DNA of 64,000 bases from Bdellovibrionales bacterium (GTDB lineage Bacteria > Bdellovibrionota > Bdellovibrionia > Bdellovibrionales > DASUEL01). The translations under genes and the position numbers were made by a program. Positions 28,218-37,571 of the stretch are shown piece by piece (positions within the stretch are counted from its first letter, which is position 1; each line of letters opens with the position of its first letter). The stretch lies in assembly GCA_050250255.1 (NCBI GenBank), contig JBFWOZ010000009.1:16895-80894 (forward strand), read 5' to 3'. Below the pieces are notes generated by a model that was not told the origin of the DNA, searched no databases, and was given only the letters and a program-made list of their open reading frames with translations.

Positions 28218-29513
28218 TTATAGTTTTTTTACGGGGACAAGAGGGGTTACAGGTTTTGTTTCAGGTGTGTAGCGGAGGCCTTCTTCGAACTGTACGCCCG
28301 TGAGATCATTGAGCGAAGCTACAGCCATTAAAAGTAACTTCACTTTTGTTTGAATGTTGTTTTCAGTGTCTTTACCAGCATTAATTAAGGTGTGCAGTTC
28401 GTTCTGCCACGCCTGTGAATTCCAATCCGCAGCAAACGCTTGTACTTCTTTAGATGCCGAAGCATCTCCGCCTGCACGACCTCTGACTGCCGCTTTCAGC
28501 GCCATCGCCTTAAAGCGAAGTTGAGTATAGATGACACGATTCACATTCGAGTCTGTTGCATCTTTAACCATGAGAGTCTCTCGAAGAACAGTTTCTAATA
28601 CCACACTAATTGCCGCCATTGCTTTTGATGGAGCACCCACCAAACCATTTGTCCAACCAAAACTCACTCGCAATTGATTCACTAGTTCGCGAATATTCGT
28701 TATGATTTGTTGTGTACTCTCTATATCGTCATATTCATTAAAAATTTCTTCCATCACTGTACCCATAGCGACAGTCATGCGTGCTGATTCTAAAATATTT
28801 TGATGAGTTACAGGAACCGTTGGCACATTATTCTGCATCACAAAAGCATCCATTGCAGACTGAATCGAACTTTTCAAGCGATCCATATGAGGACGATCTG
28901 AACGCTTTAAAGAACCTGTGAGTTGATTAAGATCGACAAGAGCTTGTTCATAAACGGCAAAAAGTGATGTACTCGACGACGTAAGCGCATGAGATAAGTA
29001 CTTTGGGTTATTAGAAGCGAATGCGATTGAAACAATAGAAACGCCACTTTTAACCAGACCACAATCGAATTTAAATTGTTTCACCGGAGATGGGAAATAA
29101 AACTCTGGCGAAGCATTTTCGACATAATTTGTTAAAACAGACAAATTTGAGTTGTAGGTCGTTGGAAGTGCTCCTATAGATCGAATTAAAATTCCAATAA
29201 TCGGTATATCTGAGATGACTGTTGGGCAATATGGAACTGACACATCAGAGGGTGTGCCGGCCCAACCAAGTGGAGAACGCCAAAAACCTCCAGTTGTAGT
29301 AGTACCAGTCCGACCTGTCTGTAAAAAACCGGTTATTGTTATAGAACCCTGCTCTGTTTTTATGTTGCATATTCTCTGATTTGCACAAGCTGTCGTTATG
29401 TCTATAACGCGATAACCTTTGTTGTTGATCTTTCCTACTACCACAGATGTTTGAGCTGTCGATAAACTAGGCAGAACTGAAAATAGAATAATTATGACGA
29501 AACCAAATCGCAT
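28218..29513 (-). CDS. Secreted protein, paralog B (variable N-half, conserved helical C-half)
   Basis: ATG at 29513 follows GAGGAG and yields the signal peptide MRFGFVIIILFSVLPSLSTA. Confidence 0.85.
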   Translation of the reverse strand: MRFGFVIIILFSVLPSLSTAQTSVVVGKINNKGYRVIDITTACANQRICNIKTEQGSITITGFLQTGRTGTTTTGGFWRSPLGWAGTPSDVSVPYCPTVISDIPIIGILIRSIGALPTTYNSNLSVLTNYVENASPEFYFPSPVKQFKFDCGLVKSGVSIVSIAFASNNPKYLSHALTSSSTSLFAVYEQALVDLNQLTGSLKRSDRPHMDRLKSSIQSAMDAFVMQNNVPTVPVTHQNILESARMTVAMGTVMEEIFNEYDDIESTQQIITNIRELVNQLRVSFGWTNGLVGAPSKAMAAISVVLETVLRETLMVKDATDSNVNRVIYTQLRFKAMALKAAVRGRAGGDASASKEVQAFAADWNSQAWQNELHTLINAGKDTENNIQTKVKLLLMAVASLNDLTGVQFEEGLRYTPETKPVTPLVPVKKL

Positions 29514-29556
29514 ACAAAACTCCTCAAAAACATTTTCGTGGCGCGATTCTGTAGTA

Positions 29557-29572
29557 ACCAATAATCGTGCCA
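29557..29572 (-). promoter_or_regulatory. sigma54-like promoter of the paralogB-paralogA-regulator-protease operon
   Basis: Minus strand TGGCACGATTATTGGT: a perfect -24 box, with TTGG instead of TTGC at -12. Confidence 0.5.
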
Positions 29573-29581
29573 GTTAGGGAC

Positions 29582-29616
29582 TCGTGCGCTCGACACATCC
29601 AAAGTCGAGCGCACGA
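29582..29616. other. 13-bp stem-loop after the 29658-30380 gene
   Basis: tcgtgcgctcgac-N9-gtcgagcgcacga with no clear U-tail. Confidence 0.55.
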
Positions 29617-29657
29617 TTGGGGGACATAAACAAATTCTTCGTGAATTAGTTTTCTAA

Positions 29658-30380
29658 TTAGTAGTTCGATTCAATACGCTCTTTCACTTCGAGAAGAAGC
29701 TCGATCGCATTCACGTATATCGGGTTACCTTCTAATTTTTGTAAGAAAGGTTCTGCCGCCGTGATCGCTGCCTTCAATACGGACGCTTTTGACTGTGTAC
29801 GATTTGAAAGAGGCGAACGTGCACCCGCAGAAGCCGAGAGACGAATCGCTGCACTTCGTAAGGGCAAGAGATACATTCTAAAATCACCATCTGGGATGTT
29901 GATTTGAAGTTGAGCAACAACCGCAAGTACAGCACCGGCAATTTGTTCATTGGTATTTAAGGGTCGAGGAGAGCGATAATAATCCAATCCAAAACCAGGA
30001 GTAGGCTGATAACCACCAGCATCCACCCAGGCGCGGGCATCATTGATTTTTGCACTTCCGTTGAATCGAAAATGGATATTGGAAACCATTTTGCGAATGA
30101 CGATGGGAAAATCGGGATCACGACCTGGAACACCAAGAACCGCTACGCGATCGCTATCGGCATAAACGTCAATCGTCGTGTAATTCCGATATCCTTCGGC
30201 ACTCACGAGAAGACGCTCTACGTAAGTAGGGCGATCAAAGGAATGAGTGGCAGTAGACCCTTCGCTCTGCCAAGAACGGCTCACACGTAACTGAATTTCA
30301 TTTTGCATAGGATTCGCTCGCACGACTTCATTTGAGACCAAAGCGGCAACTACGGCCAACATTCCAAATAGGGACTTCAT
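29658..30380 (-). CDS. Secreted hypothetical protein (beta-rich N-domain plus helical C-domain)
   Basis: Signal peptide (…VVRA) and a GGAGG RBS; the two-domain layout is judged from residue composition. Confidence 0.8.
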   Translation of the reverse strand: MKSLFGMLAVVAALVSNEVVRANPMQNEIQLRVSRSWQSEGSTATHSFDRPTYVERLLVSAEGYRNYTTIDVYADSDRVAVLGVPGRDPDFPIVIRKMVSNIHFRFNGSAKINDARAWVDAGGYQPTPGFGLDYYRSPRPLNTNEQIAGAVLAVVAQLQINIPDGDFRMYLLPLRSAAIRLSASAGARSPLSNRTQSKASVLKAAITAAEPFLQKLEGNPIYVNAIELLLEVKERIESNY

Positions 30381-30573
30381 AAAACCTCCATAAACTAATT
30401 TACGTTCGAACTCATTTTCGAACTTGTTTGTTATGAAGGCGTTTTAAAGAAAGTAAGCAAAAGACTCCACGTACAAAATCAAAGGAGTTTAGCAATTGTA
30501 ACTTGTTGAATTTATTAGAATCAGAGAAGACACTGAAAAAGATTGGCACGAAATGTCTTGTTTAAATAAAGGA

Positions 30574-30604
30574 TTGGTCACAAACGTGGCACGTTTGTGA
30601 CCAA
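30574..30604. promoter_or_regulatory. 31-bp palindrome (operator or terminator stem)
   Basis: ttggtcacaaacgtg-g-cacgtttgtgaccaa, with perfect 15-bp arms. Confidence 0.55.
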
Positions 30605-30686
30605 AAGTATCTAAGTACTAGCGAATTTTTTTCATCAACTGATAACAGAACAGCTCAGCGGTTTTGCTTCATAAGAAAGTGAGGGA

Positions 30687-31763
30687 TCAATTGGACTTAA
30701 TTTTTGTCCAAGTATCATCCCAGGCTTCCGAGTCATTCCCGAGATCTTTTAAAAGTTCCACTTTAGAGAGCTTTACTTTTTTAATCTGACTTGCTCTCAA
30801 CGTTTCATCTTTGATCAAAGAGTCGGCGGCTGAGTTAGGGGTACTGAAAAGAAGTGACTCCGCCATCTCTTGAGCAATTGTAGGCTCTAAGATGAAATTA
30901 ATAAATTCAAAAGCTAAATCCTTCTGAGAAGCACCTACCGGTACGGCCATGTTATCGATCCAAAGTGTGGAGCCTTCTTTTGGAACAAAGTACTTCAATT
31001 CTGGTTTTGTCTTTGCTGTGATCTTGGCATCACCGCTGTAAGCTTGCGCAATCCAAATGTCCTCAGAGTAAAGATGCTGCTTGGGATCACTGGTGAAGAG
31101 ACGCACTTTAGACTTGAGTTGTTTCATGACTTTCTCAGCTTCTAACAACTCTTTCTTGCTTGTCGAGTTTCCAGAGTAGCCAAGCTTTCTCATCGCGATT
31201 CCAATGGCTTCGCGGCTGTCCTCAAGAAGAGCAATTTTATTTGCGTATTCCGCCTTAAAGAGAAGCTCAACCGACTCAGTGGGGTTCTTTACAAACTTTG
31301 AGTTGTAAACAAGTCCGGTGGTGCCCCACATGTAGGGGACTGAGTATTCTCCCTTTGGATCATAGACGAGATTCTTAAAATCAGAACCTAAGTTCTTTAA
31401 ATTAGGAATTTTGCTCTGATCTAGGGGCTCAACTAATTTGTTTTCGATAAGGGCGGTCACCATATAGTCCGATGGAATAATCACATCATAACCTTTGGCT
31501 CCAGACTGAAGTTTCGCGAGCAACTCTTCGTTATTTGAAAAATTATTGTAGTTGATTTTCGCGTTAAATCTTTTCTCAAATTTTTCGATTACACTGGCAG
31601 GCAGGTAGTCAGACATCGCATAGAGGTTTAAAACCTTCGCTTGAGCAGGGGCAACAGTTCCAGAAGTTGCAGCCTCTTCTTTTTTTGTACAACCAACAGC
31701 TAAGGCGAGGCAAAAAAACATCTTAAGAGGTAGGGACGTGAGCACCTTCTGAGATTTGTTCAT
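30687..31763 (-). CDS. potD: Spermidine/putrescine ABC transporter substrate-binding lipoprotein
   Basis: Motifs NEELLAKL, YDVIIPSDYM, VPYMWGTTG and PKEGSTLWID; last gene of the potABC operon. Confidence 0.9.
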   Translation of the reverse strand: MNKSQKVLTSLPLKMFFCLALAVGCTKKEEAATSGTVAPAQAKVLNLYAMSDYLPASVIEKFEKRFNAKINYNNFSNNEELLAKLQSGAKGYDVIIPSDYMVTALIENKLVEPLDQSKIPNLKNLGSDFKNLVYDPKGEYSVPYMWGTTGLVYNSKFVKNPTESVELLFKAEYANKIALLEDSREAIGIAMRKLGYSGNSTSKKELLEAEKVMKQLKSKVRLFTSDPKQHLYSEDIWIAQAYSGDAKITAKTKPELKYFVPKEGSTLWIDNMAVPVGASQKDLAFEFINFILEPTIAQEMAESLLFSTPNSAADSLIKDETLRASQIKKVKLSKVELLKDLGNDSEAWDDTWTKIKSN

Positions 31764-32535
31764 GTTTTTGGAGCCTCCTGTTTTGAAATAAAAATGATGA
31801 GAAGACTAATACGATACTCAAACATAAAATGAAAGCGCAAAGTGCGTTGATCTCCGGAGTAACGCCAAACTTTAACATGGAGTAAACTTTCAAGGGAAGC
31901 GTCGTAACACCCACTCCTGCCGTGAAAAAAGAGATGATGAAGTCGTCAAAACTGAGGGTAAAAACCATCAAAAAGCCCGAAATCAAAGTCGTCCACATCT
32001 GTGGGACCAATATGCGGAAAAAAACTTTTGATTGAGAAGCCCCTAGATCGCGAGCCGCATCTTCCACTAGAGGGTCCATGGCAAGTAGGCGAGTACGTAC
32101 GAGAGTTGAAACGTAGGCCGTTCCAAATGCGGTATGAGCCAAAACGACCGTGAGCTCGCCTAATGGGAGACTTAAAAGCACAAAGAAACTTAAGAGTGAA
32201 AGTCCAATCACCACATCTGGTAACATAATTGGAAGGTACACAAAGAAGCCAAGAGCTTGGCGAAAGAACTTTGGCCCCCTCGCCCAAGAAATCGCCACAC
32301 TCGTTCCAAATATAAGACTTAAAGCACCTGCCGAAAAAGCCACGCGAACCGACGTGGCAAACGCCATTAATATATCTTCATTAGAAAAGAGTTTTTCGTA
32401 CCAATGCGTAGTAAATGACAACCAAGCAGCCCCGCGCTCTGCCGAGTTAAAAGAGAGAATCACCAGCACAATCATGGGTGAGAATAAAAAGAGATAGACC
32501 AGAAAAACTCCAAGAGTTACGGGTAGCTTCTTCAT
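31723..32535 (-). CDS. potC: Polyamine ABC transporter permease
   Basis: TM helices, EAA loop (EDAARDLGA), FTLSFDDF and TTLPL. Confidence 0.9.
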   Translation of the reverse strand: MKKLPVTLGVFLVYLFLFSPMIVLVILSFNSAERGAAWLSFTTHWYEKLFSNEDILMAFATSVRVAFSAGALSLIFGTSVAISWARGPKFFRQALGFFVYLPIMLPDVVIGLSLLSFFVLLSLPLGELTVVLAHTAFGTAYVSTLVRTRLLAMDPLVEDAARDLGASQSKVFFRILVPQMWTTLISGFLMVFTLSFDDFIISFFTAGVGVTTLPLKVYSMLKFGVTPEINALCAFILCLSIVLVFSSFLFQNRRLQKHEQISEGAHVPTS

Positions 32536-33407
32536 AAGATCAGCTCCACATTTTTAGACTTCTGGTATTTTTGAAGTCCCCACATTATCCCTAAAATGAG
32601 AACGAGAAGAATCACGCTCACGGCAGAGCCGAGAGGCCAGTTACGCGAGGTGAGGAACTGTTGAGTCAGTAGGTTCCCGATGTAGACTTCACGACCCCCG
32701 CCCAGAATATCGGGAATCACAAATTCTCCAAGTGCTGGAATAAAAACGAGAATACTTCCAGCCACAATTCCTGGATAAGAAAGAGGGAGGAGAACTTTTA
32801 AAAAAGTAATATAGCGACCTGCACCCAAATCATGTGCCGCCTCTAAAAGACGGCCATCAATTTTTTCAAGATTCAAATAGAGCGTCATCGCCATAAAAGG
32901 AAGATAGTTATAGAGCATCCCTAAGTAGACGGCCGTCGGTGTAAATAAAATTCCTAAGCTTTCTAAATCGGGTGAAAACCATCGTGCCAGTGTGATGAGC
33001 CAACCGTTATCGGAAAGTAGCGCAAACCAGGCATAGGTACGAATTAAAAAATTCGTCCAAAAGGGAATCACTAAAAGAACAAAAAAGAGAGCCTTCCAGC
33101 GGCCCGCTCGAAAAACGAGAAAGAGGGCAAAAGGATATCCCACAAGCAAACAAAGCACTGTGGTAATCCCAGCTAAGAGAAAGGATCGCAGAAAAACAAG
33201 GGAGAAGAGGCTTGCGTACTCGGGATCCAAAAGTTTTCCGTAGGAGGTGAGACTTGGAGCCCAGACCACACCGCCATACGTGCCCTTGGTTAAAAAACTT
33301 AAGACTAAAACGTAAACCAAAGGAATAAGGACTAAAATCACGAGCCAAAAAGAAGCAAGCGATTGAAAGAGGAATTGGCTCCGACTTCTGTATTTCATCG
33401 CTGACAT
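32532..33407 (-). CDS. potB: Polyamine ABC transporter permease
   Basis: PFWTNFLIRTYAW, LLEAAHDLGA and RNWPLGSA. The start is ATG 33407 or TTG 33425. Confidence 0.9.
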   Translation of the reverse strand: MSAMKYRSRSQFLFQSLASFWLVILVLIPLVYVLVLSFLTKGTYGGVVWAPSLTSYGKLLDPEYASLFSLVFLRSFLLAGITTVLCLLVGYPFALFLVFRAGRWKALFFVLLVIPFWTNFLIRTYAWFALLSDNGWLITLARWFSPDLESLGILFTPTAVYLGMLYNYLPFMAMTLYLNLEKIDGRLLEAAHDLGAGRYITFLKVLLPLSYPGIVAGSILVFIPALGEFVIPDILGGGREVYIGNLLTQQFLTSRNWPLGSAVSVILLVLILGIMWGLQKYQKSKNVELIL

Positions 33408-33408
33408 A

Positions 33409-34491
33409 TCATTGCGGCTTTTCAAAAAAATGGCAGTGTTGAGAAGACCAACTTACAAAGACAGAATCACCTACATGCATCTCACGTTTGATTTTTCTTT
33501 CCAGATTTTGTTGAAAAACCGAAAGAGAAACCCCACGTGCCGTTATGACTTCTGCCACCGTATGGGTGCCTAAGTAGGTGAGATGTTTTACTTTTGCTGC
33601 CAAAATGTTTTCACTACTCGGTTTTCTTTTCGTGAGTACCAGTTTTTCAGGCCTGACACACAGTAACCCCTGAGTACCCACAGGTGCGGTGGTATTCTCG
33701 CAAAAGAAAACCCCTTCACCAGCCACTTCAACGCTTCGATTTTTTTCTGTTTGCCCTTGGATGACACCGCTTAAGCTATGGATTGTTCCAATAAACTGCG
33801 CCACAAAATAATTCTTAGGAGTTTCGTAGACCTCAAGGGGAGTGCCCACCTGTTCAATATGACCACGATTCATGATGGCGATGCGATCACTCATATTGAG
33901 CGCTTCTTGCTGGTCGTGAGTGACGTACACAAAGGTGATTCCAAAACGCTTCTGGATAGAAACAAGCTCGCCCTGAAGTTGAATGCGAAGTTTCGCATCT
34001 AGCGCGGCCATTGGTTCATCTAAAAGAACAAGTTTTGGTTTATTAATTAGTGCACGGATCAATGCCACTCGCTGTTGTTCGCCACCGCTCAAAGTATTGA
34101 TGGAGCGATTTCCGTAATCTTTTAACCCCACCATCTCTAAAAGCTCAGTGACTTCTTTTTGGATTTGGCTCTCAGGCATCTTTTGGCAGCGTGGACCAAA
34201 AGCTACGTTGTCGAACACATTTAAATGAGGAAAAAGCGCATACCTTTGAAAAACCGTATGCACATCTCGCTGGTGCGAAGCATGTTTAGTGACATCTACG
34301 TTATCGAGATCGATCCGACCGGAATCGGTCATTTCAAGACCTGCAATCAGGCGAAGAAGAGTGGTCTTGCCGCAACCGCTAGGACCTAGCAAAGAAATGA
34401 ATTCACCCTTGGCGGCCAGTAACTCGGTAGGTTTTAAAACCTGACGACCATTAAAACTTTTCGACACGCCGGAGAGTTGCAACATTGGCAC
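33409..34491 (-). CDS. potA: Polyamine ABC transporter ATPase
   Basis: Walker A GPSGCGKTT, VFQRYALFPH, LSGGEQQR, LLDEP, YVTHDQ and a TOBE-like C-terminus. Confidence 0.92.
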   Translation of the reverse strand: MPMLQLSGVSKSFNGRQVLKPTELLAAKGEFISLLGPSGCGKTTLLRLIAGLEMTDSGRIDLDNVDVTKHASHQRDVHTVFQRYALFPHLNVFDNVAFGPRCQKMPESQIQKEVTELLEMVGLKDYGNRSINTLSGGEQQRVALIRALINKPKLVLLDEPMAALDAKLRIQLQGELVSIQKRFGITFVYVTHDQQEALNMSDRIAIMNRGHIEQVGTPLEVYETPKNYFVAQFIGTIHSLSGVIQGQTEKNRSVEVAGEGVFFCENTTAPVGTQGLLCVRPEKLVLTKRKPSSENILAAKVKHLTYLGTHTVAEVITARGVSLSVFQQNLERKIKREMHVGDSVFVSWSSQHCHFFEKPQ

Positions 34492-34689
34492 TGCTTATCG
34501 CAGAGACCTGCGTGAGATTCAAACAATTTTATACGCTCCGACAAAACCCATTTTCAACGCCGAGTTTAGTGATATTCTAAAAGGGAAGATGAAGATGAAA
34601 ACCCCTGATTACTTCGGTGATTTTTTGAAGAAGTTTGGAGCCTGTTTGAAGTTTTCTTTTAAAACTCGCCTTTTCTGATAAGTTATATT

Positions 34690-35886
34690 ATGTTACATAA
34701 AACATTAAACGAAAGAACCCTCTGTCCTCATGAACAAATCTGTTCTGGGTGCAGCCAATTGCACGTTCCCTATTCGCAGCAGATCCAAGTAAAACAGGAG
34801 CTTCTTCTCTCAAAGCTACGATTATTGGGCTTTTCTGAAAAGACACTTTCCAAGCTCCAAATTTTAACCCCTGGAAGCTCTGGTCTTCGTGACCGCGTTG
34901 ATTACATCCTGGACCAATCTCAAGGAGCTCGAAAACTAGGTCTCTTGAACAAACCTCAGCCAGGGTCTTTTGAACGTGAAATTGTAGATCTCGAAACCTG
35001 CCCTCAGCTCTCTCCCCAGCTCCAATCATGGATGCAGGATTTTAGGGCTGTTTCATGGGATATCCAAAAGGGATCCTTAAGATTACGTGTAGGACCTCAA
35101 GGGCAACGGGGAGTTTGGCTAGATTTTTCCAATGTCGATATCAAAAAACTTTTAGAAGAACCGAATGGATCTCTTAATCAACTCCTCAAGCAAGCTAAAG
35201 TGGAGATGGGGCAAAAACGAAAAAGCGTTCGTTGGGTCGTCCAAGATTCAGGAGAGAAAAAACTCAAACTGACAGACCCTGAACCTGAAGTGTGGTTTGA
35301 AACTTACAATTCACAAGGGGAGCCTCTCCCCTTGTTTTCTTATATTGGCAGCTTCACACAGCCGGGATTTGAAGCGAATCGAACCATGCTGACGTGGCTC
35401 CACCAAGAATTGGCGCAAATTCAACCTACAGGCACACTTGAACTCGGTGCAGGAATTGGTAATTTCACTTTTGCATTGGCAGAATATGGAAACGTTTTCG
35501 CTATTGAGTCCGAGGGACTCGCCCTTGAATGTTTGCAAAAAACCCTCTCTCACCTGCCCGCTCTCTATAAAGAACGAATCCACACACAAAAACTACAATT
35601 CCACCAAATACCTAAAGAAAGCCTACAAAGCTTTGATCTTTGGCTCGCAGATCCGCCTCGCTCAGGCCTTCAAAGCCTTCTGGGAGAGTTACCACAGGCG
35701 ATTTTGCCAAGAAACTTTATTTATATTTCTTGTTACTTAGAGAGTTTCGCCCATGACCTAAAAAAATTAAAAGATATGGGTTATGAATTAAGCTCCATCG
35801 CTCTGCTCGATCAATTCCCGCAAAGCGATCATTTTGAGATTTTAGCTTCTTTGAAGCTTAATACGTCCAACTGTTCCAACGGTTGA
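34690..35886 (+). CDS. RNA (uracil-5)-methyltransferase, RlmD/RlmC/TrmA family
   Basis: Fe-S motif CPHxxxCSGC, ELGAGIGNF, DPPRSG, YISC and DQFPQSDHFE. Confidence 0.85.
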   Translation: MLHKTLNERTLCPHEQICSGCSQLHVPYSQQIQVKQELLLSKLRLLGFSEKTLSKLQILTPGSSGLRDRVDYILDQSQGARKLGLLNKPQPGSFEREIVDLETCPQLSPQLQSWMQDFRAVSWDIQKGSLRLRVGPQGQRGVWLDFSNVDIKKLLEEPNGSLNQLLKQAKVEMGQKRKSVRWVVQDSGEKKLKLTDPEPEVWFETYNSQGEPLPLFSYIGSFTQPGFEANRTMLTWLHQELAQIQPTGTLELGAGIGNFTFALAEYGNVFAIESEGLALECLQKTLSHLPALYKERIHTQKLQFHQIPKESLQSFDLWLADPPRSGLQSLLGELPQAILPRNFIYISCYLESFAHDLKKLKDMGYELSSIALLDQFPQSDHFEILASLKLNTSNCSNG

Positions 35887-36151
35887 GTTCCGCAATTTCA
35901 CTTTGAACTTTATAGATCAATTGAAAGGTAGGATCCTCTCCTACGTCGATGGACGGTACCAAAACTTTTGGTTCAGGAATATGAGATAAGTTTTCTCGAC
36001 TCAAAAAAGGATAATGTGTTTCAAACCGTTGAACCCGCATAACACCCACAGGGATGTGACTGTGAACATCCAGTTTGTTGACGGCCGCTTGACTAATCGA
36101 AACGAAAAAAAATAAACTAAAGTTCAAAATAACTTTTACAAAAAAAACCAT
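35858..36151 (-). CDS. Small secreted hypothetical protein
   Basis: Signal-peptide-like N-terminus (…SISQA) in an otherwise empty gap; slight 3' overlap with the neighbouring gene. Confidence 0.4.
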   Translation of the reverse strand: MVFFVKVILNFSLFFFVSISQAAVNKLDVHSHIPVGVMRVQRFETHYPFLSRENLSHIPEPKVLVPSIDVGEDPTFQLIYKVQSEIAELNRWNSWTY

Positions 36152-36218
36152 GGAATCCCTCACTTATGACTTCAGGTGATAGACTTAAAAAAAACAAACT
36201 GCAACAAAAAGGTATCGC

Positions 36219-37562
36219 TTGAAGCTCCCGTTTGCTGTCTTGTTCAAGTTATTGATTCTATTTTTGGGAACCTCTACTTTATTGAGTGGCGGCTGTACAA
36301 ATATACACACCCCTACGACAGAAGTTTCGGCTCGCTCTCCGATCGCTACTAAAAGATTACTTATCGCTTTAGATGGCGTGGGATATAGCCAATTCAAAAA
36401 GTTACAAGAAGGCGGCTACTTTCGACAGTTTAAGCCTGTTGCTCCAATGGTCAGCAGCTTCCCTTCTATTTCAGATCCCAACTGGGCCCTGATCATGAAC
36501 ACAGAAGTGGAAACCTCTTACACAAAAGAGTACATCGACATTGAATACCGGGACGGTAAAAAAATTGGGCGCAAGGTAGGCAGCCTTTTAAACCATCTGA
36601 GTCAGCCTCCTCTCTACGAGACTCTTTTTGATTTTAAACCAGAGGGCGTATTACAACATCTTGCAAGCCTGACATGGTCAGAAACTACGGGGCTCTATTG
36701 GCTGGACGTGATCGAGAAAGATCTTTTTAACAACTCTTCAAAAGAGTTGTACCAAGCTTTTATTTTTAACACCGACGTTATTTCTCACACCAAAGGGGAA
36801 CAGGATATCTTGCGATATTTGAGCGAAGTCGATTCAAAACTTATTGGCCTTGAAAAACGCTATCAAGAAAAATTTAAACAAAACTTAGAAATTATACTGC
36901 TCAGTGACCATGGAAATATTTTTTTAAAACCTAAAGCCATTCTTCCCGATGAGCGTTTGGCAAAAAAGAAATGGAACCTCAAGGACTATCTCGAAAACGA
37001 ACGTGACGTCGTCTACGTAATTCCCGAGATTCTTTCATTTGCTGCCTTCTATACGCTAGACAAATCAAAGGCGGCTTTAGCGACAGACTTAGCTGAGATT
37101 GAGGGCGTCCATGTCACTCTTACCTACCAAGAACCAAATCGAATCATGGTCTACTCTAAAAACACGATCGCTCAAATCGACGTCGATCCAAAACGAAAAA
37201 CCGTTGGTTACCGCATCGTTAAAGGTCAAGACCCTTTTTCGCATTCGCATCTCTTCAAAAAAGGACCGCTCTCATGGCCTACGTATTTTCATGAAACACT
37301 CGCTACGAAATATCCCTACGCCCTCGTTAGAGCGTGGGAAGCCTTTACGACAAATTCAAAACAAAAGCCCTCTGTTCTTGTGAGCACAAAATCAGGTTAT
37401 GTTTTTGCGAATAAAGCTCTCGAATGGATTACCATGGTTATGGGATTAGAGAGTGTTCATGGATCCTTTGAAAGAGAAGAAAGTTTAGGGATTCTTGTTT
37501 CCAACAAGCGAGAGTTTCCTGCCCTCCCCGTACGAGAAATACATAAGCTTGTAATACAATAA
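36219..37562 (+). CDS. Alkaline phosphatase superfamily (NPP-like) lipoprotein
   Basis: Metal-site motifs LIALDGV, FPSISDPNW, TDVISH, LLSDHG and SVHG; lipobox SGGC. Confidence 0.8.
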   Translation: MKLPFAVLFKLLILFLGTSTLLSGGCTNIHTPTTEVSARSPIATKRLLIALDGVGYSQFKKLQEGGYFRQFKPVAPMVSSFPSISDPNWALIMNTEVETSYTKEYIDIEYRDGKKIGRKVGSLLNHLSQPPLYETLFDFKPEGVLQHLASLTWSETTGLYWLDVIEKDLFNNSSKELYQAFIFNTDVISHTKGEQDILRYLSEVDSKLIGLEKRYQEKFKQNLEIILLSDHGNIFLKPKAILPDERLAKKKWNLKDYLENERDVVYVIPEILSFAAFYTLDKSKAALATDLAEIEGVHVTLTYQEPNRIMVYSKNTIAQIDVDPKRKTVGYRIVKGQDPFSHSHLFKKGPLSWPTYFHETLATKYPYALVRAWEAFTTNSKQKPSVLVSTKSGYVFANKALEWITMVMGLESVHGSFEREESLGILVSNKREFPALPVREIHKLVIQ

Positions 37563-37571
37563 CCTTAATTT

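Noticed and set aside
26861..29513. Polymorphic toxin-immunity locus
   Set aside because: The variation is N-terminal rather than C-terminal, and there are no small immunity-like genes between the paralogs.
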